Below are positions 16,456 through 17,715 of a DNA stretch of 17,715 nucleotides, in pieces. The position numbers and the translations under genes were made by a program. Position 1 is the first letter of the stretch; each line of letters starts with the position of its first letter. This stretch comes from Bdellovibrionota bacterium (lineage in GTDB: Bacteria; Bdellovibrionota_C; UBA2361): the NCBI GenBank assembly GCA_044352465.1, contig JBILDU010000066.1:1-17715 (forward strand), in the 5' to 3' direction. The notes beneath the pieces were generated by a model. It searched no databases, had not been told where the DNA came from, and worked only from the letters and a program-made list of their open reading frames with translations.

Positions 16456-17300
16456 TCTTCAACCTTTTGAGTAGTGACGACAGCGGCTTGAATTAACTCA
16501 ACCAACGTTGCTTCGATCGCGGAGAGCGCATCATTCCAAATCTTCCAAGGGGCCTTCCCACTATCCCAGAGGGACTCCAAATACCGTTTATCCCTTAGGG
16601 TATCCATAGGATGCCAAAATCCGGAATGGGTATAAGCTGAGAGGTGCGCCCCTTTTGCGAGTTCAGGCATAACTTGATTCTCAAACGAACAGTCTACTTT
16701 GAGAAAGTCAAAAACCCTTGGGGAGAGGACGATATAGCCACCGTTTATCGTTCCTTGCTCTCCTTGGGGCTTCTCCATGAATTCAGTGACAAGCCGTCCC
16801 TCCATCTTAAGTGCACCAAAGCGCCCTGGGGGTGTGACTGCCGTGAGAGTTGCGATTGTTCCTGAAGTGGAATGAAAGCGGGTGAGGGCCGCGATATCGA
16901 CGTTCGATACTCCGTCTCCGTATGTAAAGTGAAACGGTTCAGTTGGGTCGAGGTATTGCCGAACTTTGAGGAGGCGGCCACCAGTTTCGGTTGTCGAACC
17001 GGTATCGACGAGAGTCACCTTCCATGGTTCCGATCGAACGCGATGGACCATCATCCGATTCGAGCTCAAATCGAAGGTAACATCGCTGGTGTGCATGAAG
17101 TAGTCAGCGAAATACTGCTTGATGACATGACCTTTGTAGCCGCAGCAAATAATGAAGTCATTGACCCCGTAATAGGAGTAGATCTTCATGATATGCCAAA
17201 GGATCGGCTGCCCACCGATCTCAACCATCGGCTTCGGTTTAAGCTCCGTCTCTTCGCTCAAACGTGAACCGAGGCCACCAGCAAGAATGACCGCTTTCAT
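16452..17300 (-). CDS. rfbF: Glucose-1-phosphate cytidylyltransferase
   Basis: MKAVILAGGLGSRLSEET..KPKPMVEIGGQPILWHIMK, VDTG...TGGRL, TYGDGVS, FWHPMDTLRDK, APWKIW. GGAG precedes the ATG. Confidence 0.95.
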   Translation of the reverse strand: MKAVILAGGLGSRLSEETELKPKPMVEIGGQPILWHIMKIYSYYGVNDFIICCGYKGHVIKQYFADYFMHTSDVTFDLSSNRMMVHRVRSEPWKVTLVDTGSTTETGGRLLKVRQYLDPTEPFHFTYGDGVSNVDIAALTRFHSTSGTIATLTAVTPPGRFGALKMEGRLVTEFMEKPQGEQGTINGGYIVLSPRVFDFLKVDCSFENQVMPELAKGAHLSAYTHSGFWHPMDTLRDKRYLESLWDSGKAPWKIWNDALSAIEATLVELIQAAVVTTQKVEE

Positions 17301-17441
17301 CGGGCTCCATCGAGAAGCTAAAGCACCCTCTCACCCGGTTTTGATGAGGCAACTGTGCCTAGCGCTTCGTTGTAACGAAATAAACTTTATCAACTAAAGA
17401 CCCGAACCGAAACGCTTTTTTCGGCAGCTGGCGTAATCAAC

Positions 17442-17715
17442 TCAAGGAACGATTTTAGACTCTTCCCCAAGAAGCGTAATGACATATCGACTTAAGCTGT
17501 AGATCTGTGCGGCATTTGCATTATCGAGCCAGGCATATCCATCGTATTCCAACGGGGTGCCGGTGGCCATAAACTCGATCGAGCCATACCGGTGCGCGCA
17601 GGTTGAGGCTTTCGCAAGAATACGCTCCCATTTATCGCTTGGAACAGCACTCCAGCCCCACCGCATCCAGTCGGCAAGCCACGTGAATACGGAGAAAGTC
17701 AAAGTACAATCGCCG
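17442..17715 (-). CDS. Hypothetical protein, 3' end only (runs off the window)
   Basis: Frame is open from the window edge (GDCTLTFSVFTWLADWMRWGW...) to TGA 17442-17444. No recognisable motif. Confidence 0.45.
   Translation of the reverse strand, partial: GDCTLTFSVFTWLADWMRWGWSAVPSDKWERILAKASTCAHRYGSIEFMATGTPLEYDGYAWLDNANAAQIYSLSRYVITLLGEESKIVP

Noticed and set aside
1..17715. CRISPR arrays, tRNA/rRNA genes or defence systems
   Set aside because: No regularly spaced repeats, RNA-gene signatures or defence-type domains were seen by eye.

Overview
A GC-rich bacterial surface-glycan (LPS/capsule/protein-glycosylation type) biosynthesis region that is being remodelled. The apparently intact core is a minus-strand run neuC-neuA-neuB, closely resembling the Neisseria SiaABC / Campylobacter NeuB1 Neu5Ac clade, followed directly by a HisF-like, HisH-like and WbuX/PseA-like N-acetyl-sugar amidotransferase trio (acetamidino-forming module). 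A convergent pair encodes a Gfo/Idh/MocA oxidoreductase and an uncharacterised 502-aa GT-B-like protein. The window also holds a GT4 glycosyltransferase, an SDR epimerase, two head-to-head TPR-plus-hexapeptide acyltransferase paralogues (one has Arg where the other has the putative catalytic His) and rfbF. Manual translation between these genes reveals relics the ORF track misses or fragments: a speD (AdoMet decarboxylase) pseudogene, a zinc-ribbon methyltransferase-like fragment, a probable Y1-transposase C-terminus, a 784-bp internally deleted IS66, a legC-like aminotransferase C-terminal fragment and a frameshifted epimerase. The leading hypothesis (inference only) is a locus that lost legionaminic-acid synthesis, carries Neu5Ac synthesis and kept its amidination module. 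All family calls come from motif recognition; no database search was run.
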